Assembly: GCF_964204865.1 (NCBI RefSeq)
Contig: NC_135253.1
Span: 16,492,001 to 16,556,000 of the forward strand
Reading direction: 5' to 3'
From: Styela clava
Lineage: Eukaryota
Length of the DNA: 64,000 nucleotides
Positions 33,260 to 45,923 of this stretch are shown here, in pieces (position 1 is the stretch's first letter; the number at the start of each line of letters is the position of its first letter). Both the position numbers and the translations under genes were made by a program. The notes beneath the pieces were generated by a model. The model was not told the origin of the DNA, did no database searches, and worked only from the letters and a program-made list of their open reading frames with translations.

Positions 33260-35785
33260 TTATTCTTTTGATTTAATACTCACAAGTGCATAGCATCGTG
33301 GAGATTTCACAGGATCAAAAAGTTTAACCAAATAACTGTGTGGGATTTCTTGTTCCCTCAAATACAATAATTTGTCCAGTAAAATTATGGCTTCAACAGC
33401 AGGGCTAAAGGCTTCACGTAATGCATTAAATGCCAAAAGAGTTTTCCTGTAATTTTCCATTTCATTTATATAAGAAGTAATCGCATCATCACATAGGATT
33501 CTACTAGTTTCATCTGGGATAGATAGTTTTGATAGACTTCTTCTTACATAATCTATAAAGTTCTTTGATTTTGAATATACTTTTCCTACGCGAAGATCTT
33601 TCAATCCAGAGCCGAATTGAAATTCCCTTTCCAATATAACTGAAAGTACTGCACGGTAAAACAGGGATCTATAATAAAAAAATATATGAATATGATAATT
33701 ATATTCGTTTGCCCTTCTTTTTTTAAGTGGTGAGTATCGTTCTTTGCTTAGCAATGTGATGGTCTGTCTAGCCTAGTGGCTTCCAAACTGGGAGTAATTA
33801 CCCTCACAGGGGTAATTTGGCAATTTTTATGGGATAATCCAGATGTTCACTGTTTTAACAATTTCTTTTGGAATACTTTCCCCGTACTTTTGACCAGTTT
33901 GTGGAAAAGCTGGACATGTGATGCTCGCATCTAGTTCGTGAGCCTAGTCATCTGGTCACTTACTTTGTAGGGATATAATAACAATACTTCGCTGCACAGA
34001 TTTTAGGCTGAAATGAGCTACCGCAAGTATAGCATCTCAAAAATTCGGATCATAAGATGCAATAGCTGTTAGTATTACCGTCATTTTTCGTCGAAGAAAA
34101 AGTAAAAAAAGTATGACTACTGTATTTATATGAAAGAGTAGATAAGCTATTGGTAATTTGACATAGGGGTTACGATATTAAAAAGTTCAAGAGCCACTGG
34201 TCTAGCCTCTAGCGATTAGAACATTCGGCCAAACTATGTCGATGGTGCTAGGCTTCACGAATACAGCCCAAGGGTTCCACAGTTTCCATTCAAATTCGAG
34301 GGTATTTATTAATATATGGATATTGATTAGAGATAATTCCGATACCTTGCTAACTCAAAGATCATTTTGTTTTGCCAGTATTACGTTTGCTTTTATTTAT
34401 ATTCATAGTTTATGCAATTCAGACAAGAGAATTAAGCCAGGCACAGGGGTTTCATCGGGTTTTCGCATGACTACTGGTCTAAAGCCTTGTTCTATGTGAT
34501 AATTGTCAAAAATTATAGGATTTCTTCACCTTGTAGATTTCTTTTCAGTGGCTGCAATATCAGCATCTTGCATTCTATCGAGTGCTTTCAGTCCCAGCAT
34601 CTTTGAATTTCTTCCCAGCGAGAAGTCCATTTTTTGTAGGTATTTGCTCATTGGAAATCCATATTCTTTCAAGAAAATAAAAATATTAGTGATGGCAAAT
34701 CTATTTTGTTTGTTATCAGTTAGTTGTGTAGAAGATTTGAAAATCTGAGACTAGTAGACTTTCCTCATTGATATGTTGCTTTACGACGGAGCATTTATTA
34801 AGTAGTTTTTTATATCATGTGCTGAACTATAACTTAAAACTATCTCACCTTTTCGAGTAGATTTACTTGTCAGGTGATGGTAACAACATCCTAGTAAACA
34901 GGCAGCTTTTATTTGCTTTTTGCTCACGAACATCCTCAAAGCGGTTGATGATAGGTCACCACAGATGTGTAGTCCAGTAAGCATTAACTGTTTATGTAGA
35001 ATTGAATTGCTATTTTCTTCATTATCATTGACAAAAAGAAAGTTTATATCACTATCAGCATGAACCAGAGCAGTTACAGGTTGGTATTTCATGTCCCTTG
35101 TTTCAAACTGTTTGTCACTTTTATTTTTTAAATGCGCATTCCAATATTTTAAAAATTTCCCAGCTCTGGATGAAGCATTTACAGAATTGGCCTCGGAGCA
35201 GTCAACACCCACAACATTCAAGTCATATTTCAATGATAAGTGAGTTCCCAGATACCCTTTTCCTGATCCCATATCCAAAACATCTTCAATCCCAAGTTTT
35301 TGACATGTCTTCTGTACTAGGTGAGACATCTCCTCTACTTCATGAGATTTTTTATTACACATATATTCATTTGCACTAACCAATTGGTTAACAACACTCA
35401 CATCTCCATTTCTGCTTTCACAATCAACAGCAAGTTCCTTCAGTTTCCTTTCAACACTATTTGTATCCATGCAAAATGTGGAATTATCAATTGCACATGA
35501 TTTTGCTCGGCTAAAATATTCCTTCAAATTTTGGATAGTATGTGTATCAGGCCCTTGCTGTGATGTGTCACGAAACATACCCATTTGCATTATGTTTTTC
35601 ACTGAGTATAAATCATCTTCATCAAATTGCAACAGTTGGGATTGAGCATCTGGGTGCACTAATGTGTTCCAATGATTTTGAACAAAAAAATCAACCATGT
35701 GACTTTCTCCCAATGCAACATATATGTTGATAAAATGAACTCTTTTATCTATCTCATCCTTGAGAGATTGTATGTCTTCCATCAT
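33260..35785 (-). CDS. METTL25: Methyltransferase-like protein 25
   Basis: Exons 35785-34849 (KKSHEVE, DMGSGKGYLG, TGLHICGDL, GCCYHHL), 34665-34530 (YGFPMS...GRNSKM), 33668-33260 (SLFYRAVL...LVKLFDPVKSPRCYAL). Splice phases consistent. Confidence 0.93.
33774..34199. mobile_element. hAT MITE in a METTL25 intron
   Basis: Imperfect TIR TAGTGGCTTCCAAACT / AGTTCAAGAGCCACTG; exact TSD GTCTAGCC. Confidence 0.85.
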
Positions 35786-37635
35786 TTAAATTTTAGCGAA
35801 ACAGTCCTATTTTATAATATAAAAGGTAATCATCAAAATTAGGTCATTCTGAAACACATTTCTCCACTTTTTCTGACCACGTTGTCTACAATTTTCATCA
35901 CATTGCTTGATTCTGCAGAACCAATTTCTGATTCATAGAATAGGCACGGTAGAGGCAATCAAATTTTAGTACGTTTTCGTTTCGTTGATCACTACATTGA
36001 AGTACATTAGTCTCTACTTTTTTCTAACTTGTCTGTTATTTTTCTATGGTCGTCGGTTATTGTTTGTGATCGATTTGTAATAAGTCATTGAACTCGTAAA
36101 TGAAATAATCGCTTATTGTGAAAATTGAACTAATGCAATAGCAAGAAATTATGATTTGCACTGTTTATGGACCAGCCTAAGTGCGCGTACCAGTATGACC
36201 TCAACAATTTTGACTGTCTTTGTCTGCTGTACCTGACATAAAGTTACCGATTCATTTATTTTCTTTTCATTTAATAAGTAATCGTACTGTAGCAGCGCCC
36301 AAAATAAAATAAAAAACTATTCTTTTTTCAGTTTTTAGTGCGCCTTTCGCTCCGAACAAATCCTGGTACTATCCCGTTTTTTGTTTCCTATATACGGTAA
36401 GCTTAGTTATAGTGCGGTATAGGTTTTTTGAATATAAATAAAGACATTGTGTACCGGTACCAAAAGTGAACAAACATATATATCAGTAATATCTGAATAT
36501 CAAGATAATTCCATCAGATGTAATATTCCATATAATCCAGGAAGTTCCAATAATTCATTCTTGATTTCGTAATACAAATTACATAATTTTATAATTAGTA
36601 ACAAGTTATAATATATCATGGCAAGTTCTTTTATATAACAAAATTCCTTTCTCACTTTTTCTATATTTCTTCTCATTATAAGTGAGTTCCTAATTTTCAT
36701 AATAACATTATTTATGCTTGGGTTATGATTTTGAAATATTACAGCATTACGCTCCAACCAAATATTATAGCTTGCTGTACAAAATAACAATATAATAGCA
36801 TTACGTTGACCTTATATTGTTTATTTAACAAGTTTGTTCACTAAGGCAATTGTTTATTTCACCAGCTCGCACTGACACTGACTGACCACGTCGGACCACA
36901 TTGTGGATACAGTCAATGGGCCGGTCAAAATCTCGTCGCGGGCCGTATGTTGCCCACCCCTGGTTCAGGATATACTATCTATTTTTTATAATTTATATTG
37001 TTAATTAGTTATACAGTGGGTTATTACGGTTAGAATTAGAATGCTCATTAATTGACTAATTTCGCCACTGAAAACAGCAGCGAGAAAGTGAGGCATACTG
37101 CAAACCCGTGTCGCTCTTCAATAGTAGGCGATTAGCTCGTGAGCCTGCTTGTGCAGTGCTCGGCGTGCTTACTTCAGGCAATGCAATTTAAATTCTTGCG
37201 ACAGCGCGATGAGCAATTTAGATGAATTTCTACAGTAGACTAGTTGAACATGCATAGCTGCAGAATAGATACCGTAGTGATTTGCAATGGAAATAAAATT
37301 TAATTCCAGCGCTTCAGTTAATTGGAATACGATATTACGGTACCGGTACCGTACCGTACCTACGGTACTCTGGCTGCATTATATCGTAATCCTATAATCA
37401 CTGAATCGACCTTAGAAAGGATACAGTTAATATTTACTGCATGGTAGATCATGGCTTTGGATATAGAGTTGAAAATATTGTAACACTTAAATCTGAAAAT
37501 CATGCTAATATTGCTTGCTATACTTCTGTACTTATGATCTTTATATTTATCACACATTTATGAATATTTCAGTATATATTCAGATATTTGCATACACATC
37601 TGCATAAATAAGCTTGCATCAATTAAATTAAAAGA
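35786..37635. promoter_or_regulatory. Divergent promoter region METTL25/WDR18
   Basis: Head-to-head starts 1.85 kb apart, CpG-containing patch ~37060-37210, GTACC clusters at 36451 and 37336. Confidence 0.5.
36500..36790 (-). mobile_element. 3'-terminal fragment of an L1/Tx1-like LINE ORF2
   Basis: YNIWLERNAVIF matches the IWxxRNxxxF motif at the end of L1/Tx1 ORF2. Confidence 0.6.
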
Positions 37636-38730
37636 ATGTTTGAAGTGTTAATGATATCAGAATCGTCTGGTCAAAGTTTCAACATAGCTACTTACAATGC
37701 AAGCAATGGGCAAAGCATCTCTTCGTTTAAAGGTGGAACATCTCTACCCCGGACGCTTTGCCAAATCAAGAACGAATACATCATTTCTGCAATACCTAAT
37801 AAACCGGTTATCCAAGTATATGAAATAAGTAGAAAAAGCCAGCAATCAAAAAAGGTTGCATTGCCTGGAATCATAAGTAGTTTGACAATTAGTAATGATG
37901 GTATTTTACTAGCTGCTGGGATAAACAACAATGTTCTTGTTTGGGAATTATCTGGTGGAATTTTGTTGTCAATTTTGTCAAGTCATTATCAGAATGTAAC
38001 TTGCTTGTCCTTCTGTCATGATGACTCTTATCTAGCAACATCTGGAGATGATGGAATCGTATCGGTCTGGGATGTTTCATTAATATGGGATAAAGAAGCT
38101 TCAGGAACTGGATCCGTAGAGCCTTATCATTCATGGACTTCTCACACTATGGCGACAACTCATCTGAAGTTTGGATTACGTTACAGAGTTTATTCTTCTT
38201 CTCTTGACTGCTCAGTAAAAGTTTATGATATTCCATCTAAGCAAATCATTTTATCTATCATATTTAATTTCGGTGTTTCGTATTTTGACTTTACACCTAA
38301 TGAAACATTTCTTTTTGTTGGATGCTCAAATGGCTCCCTGCAGCGGGTGAACTTGTTGCACCATTGCCAAACAGCTATTTTACAAAGTACAGATGACAAT
38401 GAAAGGGCAGTTGTCAAAAACGCTCATCAAAAATTAATCACGTCTATTTCATGTGGATTGGACGGGACAACTATAGTCACAGGATCAGAAGATGGGCAAG
38501 TGAAATTTTGGGATGTCGCAAGTCTTCAATGTTCAAAAACGATGAAATTTTCAGGAAAAATAACAAATTTGTTGTTAACCACGGCTATAACTGGGTTTTC
38601 ATCCACATTGGGTGCACAGACAGTAGTCATGCCATTTCCAAAATTACACAGACAGGCAATTTCAACAAATAATGAAACAGACTCGGATTTAATACATTGT
38701 AAATTGATGAAATCGGAAGACTATGATTAA
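37636..38730 (+). CDS. WDR18: WD repeat protein 18 / Ipi3 (rixosome), intronless
   Basis: 364-aa WD40 ORF with WELSGGILLSILSSHYQNVTCLSF, SGDDGIVSVW, PYHSWTSH and SSSLDCSVKVYD, typical of WDR18/Ipi3. Confidence 0.88.
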   Translation: MFEVLMISESSGQSFNIATYNASNGQSISSFKGGTSLPRTLCQIKNEYIISAIPNKPVIQVYEISRKSQQSKKVALPGIISSLTISNDGILLAAGINNNVLVWELSGGILLSILSSHYQNVTCLSFCHDDSYLATSGDDGIVSVWDVSLIWDKEASGTGSVEPYHSWTSHTMATTHLKFGLRYRVYSSSLDCSVKVYDIPSKQIILSIIFNFGVSYFDFTPNETFLFVGCSNGSLQRVNLLHHCQTAILQSTDDNERAVVKNAHQKLITSISCGLDGTTIVTGSEDGQVKFWDVASLQCSKTMKFSGKITNLLLTTAITGFSSTLGAQTVVMPFPKLHRQAISTNNETDSDLIHCKLMKSEDYD

Positions 38731-39717
38731 TGCACTTCCAACTTGGGAAAGTGTTACATATAGTATGCATTTATTGCAAATCACCTCAAAAAATTAAAAA
38801 AAAAACAGTCAACATAATAGGTACAAGATTACTATTTGTGTTCGCAGGTTCAGTTACTAAATAATAGTTCTGCACTAGATTGGGGATTTTCGTGTAAATA
38901 CCTATGTCAGCAAAAACTTGAAAATTGAATAAACCATATGTTAAAATTTTGACAATAAGCCTTGTGAGTTTCGTATTTGCATATATTTTGGACGATACAT
39001 GGGCTTGGATTTTTTGGAAGTTTCTGCTAATGTCAATCATATTTTAGATTTTTTAATGGTATCTGATGTTTCATTGTTGTCTGAGTGAACTCATAATCAT
39101 AAGTAAATCTACTCATATACCACTAAGAGCTTTTAATATAATTTCTTTACACAAAACCTATTTAACAATTATGTGTCATTTCCATTAGTGCCAATATGAT
39201 GATGTGTTTGAAATTTGTAGTAATGTGCTGGAAATTTCAAGAAACTTATAATACTGGCAAGTGGCAAATATACATAATATCGAACGTAACTTTGTGTGCC
39301 AAATTTTCTTTCAAATTCAAATCTCTGTGAAACAAACAATCAATTTACAAACAATTTAGACACATCATACATTGTGATGCCAGTGGTAAAACCAGCATTC
39401 ATTTTGTTATACAAGCACTTGGCAAGATCTGCTGATTTCTGAAAAAAATATTAAATACCAAAGCTAAACAGAATTCTTGCTTATCACAAAATATCTACTA
39501 CTGGAATTTCAATTGTACTTTTTCACTGTTGAATATTTTTAATTCACAACTTGTACGTATGACAAATTTGAAAAAATTGCTGCAAAAATATTTCTTCCGT
39601 TGGTAGTAAAGAGATGATGATCAGAAACTAATTTTACAGCCAATTATTTAAATGTACATGCTCTACTGAGAGCTAGTTGAGCTGCTGCATATTTAGTCGT
39701 AGCTATTTCATGTGAAG

Positions 39718-42700
39718 ATGGCAAAAATTGATTGGATTGTTGGTACATCTACCATCATTTACTTTGCAACAGCTATTACAGAAATTGTTTCATCTGTGCC
39801 AGTCGGCTTAACACAGGTAAACTGACACAATTTAATAAATTGGAGAGAAGTGGGATTTTTGAGGAGTCGTTTTCACTCTTCTTAGTGAGATTAAAATAGA
39901 TGCTAGTATGGGAATTGATGATCATTTTAATCTTTATATTGTGTGAATGTGGAAGGCCTAGTAATGTAAGATTTGAACTTGACTATGATGGCATCGCAGG
40001 CTAAAATCTCAGGTTTCAATCCCATGTCCACTACCTGTATTTCAAATTGGGAAAGCAATGCCCAACCTGGAAGATTTCGGTTCTTTCAAACTATTTTAGC
40101 TTCTTACCTGCACACAGTTTTATTGGAGCGAAAGGCACATATAGTATGGCTTGCGTAATCATTCTGTGGAGGAGAGCAGTTTAGTAACTGTCACATACAA
40201 TCAATTCTTCGGGACTTGAACTTATTTTCCCTCCAAGACCAGTGTGACAGTCGACTGAATAATGAGTCCAACTATGTGGTAACAAATTATGTTGTATTTT
40301 TATTTCAGGATGATTTTGGGAACAACTGCATCTTATCAGCATCAATGACTTATTTTTACCATAACACCACCATGGTTGTCAAACAGTTTGGATCACCAGG
40401 AGCTTGTGGGTTTTGCACATATTTGACAACTGTCACAGTGCTATATGCTCTTGGATACGGATGTTATTCTGCATATGCTCTGTACAAATCTGTTGAAAAT
40501 GCGTAAGTATTATTTTACATTGTGTATTTATTGTATGGTAATATTGCAGAATACTGTGTTGTGCCATTGCCTTTGGTGGAAATCACACTCATTTCTTGAA
40601 TCAGTTAGTTTGTATTTGTCCTTTCATAATTTTAAAATATTAGACTTTTGCTCTCATGCTCTGACACCATGACATGTATAAGGACCAAGGTGTTATCTTG
40701 TTATTTTCCCACACCTACCAACTGATTTTCTGATCTGTCTGGGTAGGGCAAAGTTAGATAATAGACAGGCAATACTCAAATCAACTATAACACCCAGAAT
40801 ACTGAAAGGCTACAGACTAGTAGTTATGAATAATCCTTATTCTATCGGAACTGGAGAGAAATTGAACTCTTTGAACATAAAATATGATGACATCCAGGGT
40901 TGGGGAGCTTGGGGCAACGATGCCGTGACATTTTGGTGGAGCCGGAGCTTGAGGCCATGAGCCATTGTTATTTCTAACTACAGTATATGACCTACTCATT
41001 GTAAATTGAGAGTGAACAAAAATTTTTGGAATGTATGGACGTTTTAACTTAACTTACAAATTGTATATTGAACTATAATTACAGATGTTATTAATTATTA
41101 TTATTATAATGTAATGTTATTATTTTTCAGACAACATATGTGGGTCCTTCCTGCAATCATGGCATGTTCGTTGCTCTGTATTCTCAAGTTTATCAGTTCA
41201 TGTGTGTTGAGTGTTGGTTTCTCACAGTTTTGTAAAGCAGTTGTTGATGGAACTTACATCAAGTGAGATTTTAACTTACAATGCCTTATTGATACATTTT
41301 TTCAAGCGCAAAAAGGGGTACTCCCGTAGTATGTGAATCAAGATGGCGGCCAACGGAACATAGTATGTATATCAGGTTAGGCCATAATTTCAGGTACAAA
41401 AACTTTAGCTAGTCCCGGAACTCGTAATAGAACTAAAATAAGGAAAATTGAAATAAAATTATGGCCTAACCCTAACCTGGTACACATACTATGTCCGGTG
41501 TCCGCCATCTTGGTTCCTTACTATGGGAGTAGCCAAAAAAGTCATATTTCTCCCATATAATACTTTTAGCACATAAATTAGCAGTAACCATCATGCAATA
41601 TATGCTCTGAATAATACATATATATAATATACTATCTCTCTTCTCTCTGCATCATTATTTTTTTTTGTTTGGCATTTAAAATGTGGCCGGTGATGAGGCT
41701 TCCCCCTGTATGGCCAATATCGAAGTGCTTTTCCACAGGCATGTCACATCAAAACGAAACGCTATCAATCAGAACAAGCGTGATTTATAGGGTTACGACT
41801 CTAAAGAATGAAGAGTTACAATTGTGAAAAAAACATTTGAACAATATCTAAATTGATTGCATTTAATGTAATAAGGGTGCTCTATCCCAGTGGTCGGCAA
41901 CCACCGGGCTGCGGCCCATCGCAGGTCCACGGAAAAGTCACTACCCGTTCGCAGAAAGGTGTCATGGAAACGTGCAATGCCATTGTTATCTTTATGTGAG
42001 GTTGGGTTTTTAAAATTGCAATTACAAAAACGAAAGATCGAAGTGGGTTTAACGTAAGAAATACGTTACATGAACAGTATCACCTTTGTTTTTCAATGTA
42101 TTGTCAACATATATTTTCTAACACATAAATTTTATTACATTTGATTAGATTAATTCGTTTGTATAAAGTTGGTCCGCCAAAATTTTCGTCAGGCTTTACC
42201 GGGTCGTCACTGGAAAAAGGTTGCCGACCACTGCTCTATCCTATCGCTGTCTTGTTTACATGGTTGACTTTTTTATAAAATATTTTAGAAATTGTCAAGG
42301 AGGCCAAGATGCAGATTGGTTTTATGGAACTACCGCTTTAACAAGTTCAAATTATTATGCCTACATGACAACAGCACAGGTTGGTCATATTGCATCGGTA
42401 ATTTATCATAAGCTCACTATAGGGTTTTTGCTGGCTTAGTCGTTTTTGATTTATAGTATTGAGTAATTGTTCTGATAATTGTAATAACTGGAGTAGCATT
42501 GAGTAAAGAAGCTGTAGGGTAAACTGTGTCTTATTCTTTTTAAGTTCTGATTTCAAGAATTTTAGGATATTCATAAAGTATTATGTATTCAGTTCTCAAT
42601 ATATCTTAATTAGTGTTTATGTAAATTTCATTCAATACACGTTTATACACTAGGCACATTACAAGCACACTCAACCTAATTTGATACAGGTCTTTTTAAA

Positions 42701-42969
42701 CACCCTCTATTTTTAGATCATTATTTATGCTGTTATTAGGATTCTTGATTTGCAGTCTGAAATAAAATTCTCCATTTTCCATTCGTTGTTCTTAGTCCGC
42801 ATCATGGTTTTGTGTCTTTGAATGGTTTCTTCTCGCTGGGCTTGGTTTTCTGCATTATCGACGAAATATAGCTTTGAGATCATACGGCCGATTCGATCAA
42901 GGTTTTGGTTCATCTGACACTCAAGGAATTGTATCCGGAGATGCCTTACCTGGAAATGTTCAAGCATGA
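39718..42969 (+). CDS. TMEM179: Transmembrane protein 179 family (TMEM179/179B-like), four TM segments
   Basis: Exons 39718-39816, 40309-40502 (DDFGNNCIL...GSPGACGF), 41131-41262 (SSCVLSVGFSQFC), 42289-42379 (NCQGGQDADW...MTTAQ), 42796-42969 (SASWFCVFEW...*). All splice phases consistent. Confidence 0.85.
41315..41534. mobile_element. MITE family A copy in a TMEM179 intron
   Basis: Long imperfect TIRs (GGTACTCCCGTAGT...CAAGATGGCGG...CAGGTTAGGCCATAATT and its inverse), CCTAACCCTAACC, A-rich flanks. Confidence 0.82.
41888..42233. mobile_element. hAT MITE in a TMEM179 intron
   Basis: Perfect TIR CAGTGGTCGGCAACC / GGTTGCCGACCACTG; exact TSD CTCTATCC. Confidence 0.93.
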
Positions 42970-44538
42970 CCTCATTTCCAAGTTTTCCACAGGAAATGAT
43001 CGATTCATTGAGTCGCCTTGAATTTGACCATATACATGAAGTTCATGATTTATTTTTAATTTACTGTTCATAAGTGCCTAAATACTTTGCTGTTTATAAG
43101 TGCCTAAATAATTCATCTGCAATGATTTTTTAACATAGTATTACTACATAATCATCATGAGATTTTCTATTTTTTGTGATAATATGAAAAAACCTTTAAT
43201 TTTGAATTACTATATTGAATATTTTCTACATGGACTTCACGGTCACATATCATAGAATCATTGAATGATATGTGTTGGTTCAGCAAATTGTTGCTCATTA
43301 TGCGCAATATGTTCGCTATTGTTCCGTATCTCTAGTATTGCTCTGCAGTATGCAATTCAATTATGTAATATGCTATGTTTGGTAACTGGTTTTATCCTGT
43401 GTCAGCTATTTTATAAATAATCATGTTTTTCTCTTTCCTGCTGCATGTTATAGCCCAATTATGGAAATAGGAAATGTGAAAGGTATGCCTTTTGAATAAA
43501 ATTGTTTTCAGTTACCCAAATTTGCTGTTTTCTCTTTAAAACTTGTCATATTTGAAGTAGAACTATATTTTATCACATGATTTATTTTAATTGCCAAGTA
43601 GGCCAAATTTAGTTGTACTATGCATGATTTGGACATCCCTAGACTCTATTCATAATTGTAATGTGAAAGTTGTTTATAATCCTTTTTATAGTGTTATCAT
43701 TATTTCATTACATAGTATAAATGACTTTTCTAAGCAACACTGTTTAAGATTTTTCGTCAACCAGTTGTGTGAAGCAGCACATTTTACAATGGTTTGGATT
43801 TCAGATGTTATGAAAGGCCACCTAAAATTACTCATTTTATTTTTAATCAGAGGATTTTGGTTCCGGCCATTTCATCTGCATTGTGTGATTGTAGGCAAAT
43901 CCACAAAGTACTGACATCCCAAACATCCAGTAATGTTTTATACTCATAATTGAACTGATTGTTAACTGAACTGTTAGCAATAACTTTTCGAATAGTCTGT
44001 CCAACGTCCAATATGCATCAGAGCAACTGGTTGTTCTCATTTCAGTCTTTCATTTTACTATTTTACTTTTCATTTATTTCACTATGACCAATGTTATAAA
44101 GCTTTTTGAAATAGACCTTTTTGTTGCCAATGTCTTCTTATGATCAAATATCTGCAGTATAACATGTACCCAAGTCATAAATGCTGATCAATATATATTA
44201 TTAACAATCTAGTTGCAATTATCATGCCAATAAGATTAATGTATTTTTTGTTTTCATCATGGTTTAAACAGCAAAATATAAGAAGCATTAGTGAGTTCAA
44301 TGTGCAATACGTACTTATCTTTTCTTCCTAATTTAAATCATTCATGTTGGTGCCTTAATATTGTTCATGCAATTCTATTTTTGTCAAAACTTAACCCAAT
44401 CTGTACTTTTATTTTGCCACCTTACTGAACTAATGCAGTAAATGAAGTTTGGTTACTTATTATAGCAATAAACTATTAAGGGTATCATTTTGTGTTTTGG
44501 TATTTGATATATATTTATTGGCAATTGGGGGTATGGGA

Positions 44539-44724
44539 TTAGTTAGTTAGTTATTTGTTTCAAATGCTTGATGGAGAAAGCTGGGACAACTGGTTACGAG
44601 AACCACCCCGTGGTAAGGAGCCCAGCAATCCCCTTCAAGTGATTGTCCCCCATGGGATTCGAACTGGCAAACCCACGCAAAATAATTAGAGGTGCGGTAA
44701 TACTTAGCACCATGGGCCACACCC
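44539..44724 (-). mobile_element. tRNA-derived SINE
   Basis: Minus strand has an A-box-like TGGCCCATGGTG, a B-box GTTCGAATCC, a body, and a (TAAC)n tail; no intact tRNA cloverleaf. Confidence 0.7.
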
Positions 44725-45923
44725 TCGAGATGGTTGAGGTCTCTGACTCGATCATACCCTTTAATAAAAACTCAATGAGGTTTGATTTTCAAAATAATGA
44801 TAAAAGTTCTAAGATTTATTACTGACTATCATTTATTCATTTTGATATTGTTTATGAAGTGTATACTATGAACTTCGGTGTGCAGTGGCTCGCAACCTTC
44901 CTTTTAAGTGACTCGTATTTGAAGAAAAATAAATTCCGTAAAACCTTGTGACCCAAGGGTATGCTCAAATACTAAACGGCATGTACTGTCTGGCTGAAAA
45001 ATTACTAAAATGAAATCGGAAATTAACTCAGTGAGACCCTGCGCTTATTGGCCATAAGCTAGTTTTGAAATTGTTGCGTGGTTTCACTTAAGCAAAGGGG
45101 GTGCTGCCAAATTTTATGCTGTGACACTTCCCATTTTATGCAATTACTATTGAGCAGTTCAATGCCAAAGATAAACAATTACTTTCACTCGATTCTGATT
45201 CAGGCAGTAATAGTACCAGAACTATATTGAGAGTCTACATGTATGCGAAAGCATCAAGAGACTGATTAATTTTTTTGATAAAAAAGCATCGAAATACTAC
45301 TATTGGAAGAACATTGTAAATTTTATATGCGCAGCCTATTCTGTCCACTCTGATGTGCTTGAAATACGAGCATAGTCGTATAAACCTCTATAATCATTTG
45401 TACTTGACTATTACGGTTCTCTCAAACTGTAATAAATTTAGACTATTTGGCCACATAATATGTAATTTTTAGTTATCACGGTCACGCATACCGAAAAAGT
45501 TTTTTCTTATTGCAGTTTTGAAACAAATATACAATATAATTCTCTATCCTGACTGCTTAAAACCAGCAAATGGCTATGCAAATTTAAACAAGTGATGCAT
45601 TTATTGATGTTTAGTGTTTACCATCTACTAAAATGGCTGAGATGGTCAATTTAGTCATCACAAGAACAAAATAAATGATGGCGGAAGTCTCATGCACATC
45701 AATTAACAGCATAACACAAGGTGAGTGTGAATATTTGCCTGTAGTGGCAACAGCTGGATAAATATATCGAATTTCATAAGAAACAAATTCTGAAAAATAA
45801 GTGAAAACGGACAATATTTCTTATATTTCATTTATTTACATTTAAAATCAACCTAACACGGAAAGCAATAACAAAAACATTGACAGGCAGTGTAGAAGAA
45901 TGATTGATTTCATCATCGTTAAA

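Noticed and set aside
44640-44724. Possible tRNA gene
   Set aside because: A and B boxes are present but there is no acceptor stem or cloverleaf, and a body plus simple-repeat tail follows, so it is called a SINE.
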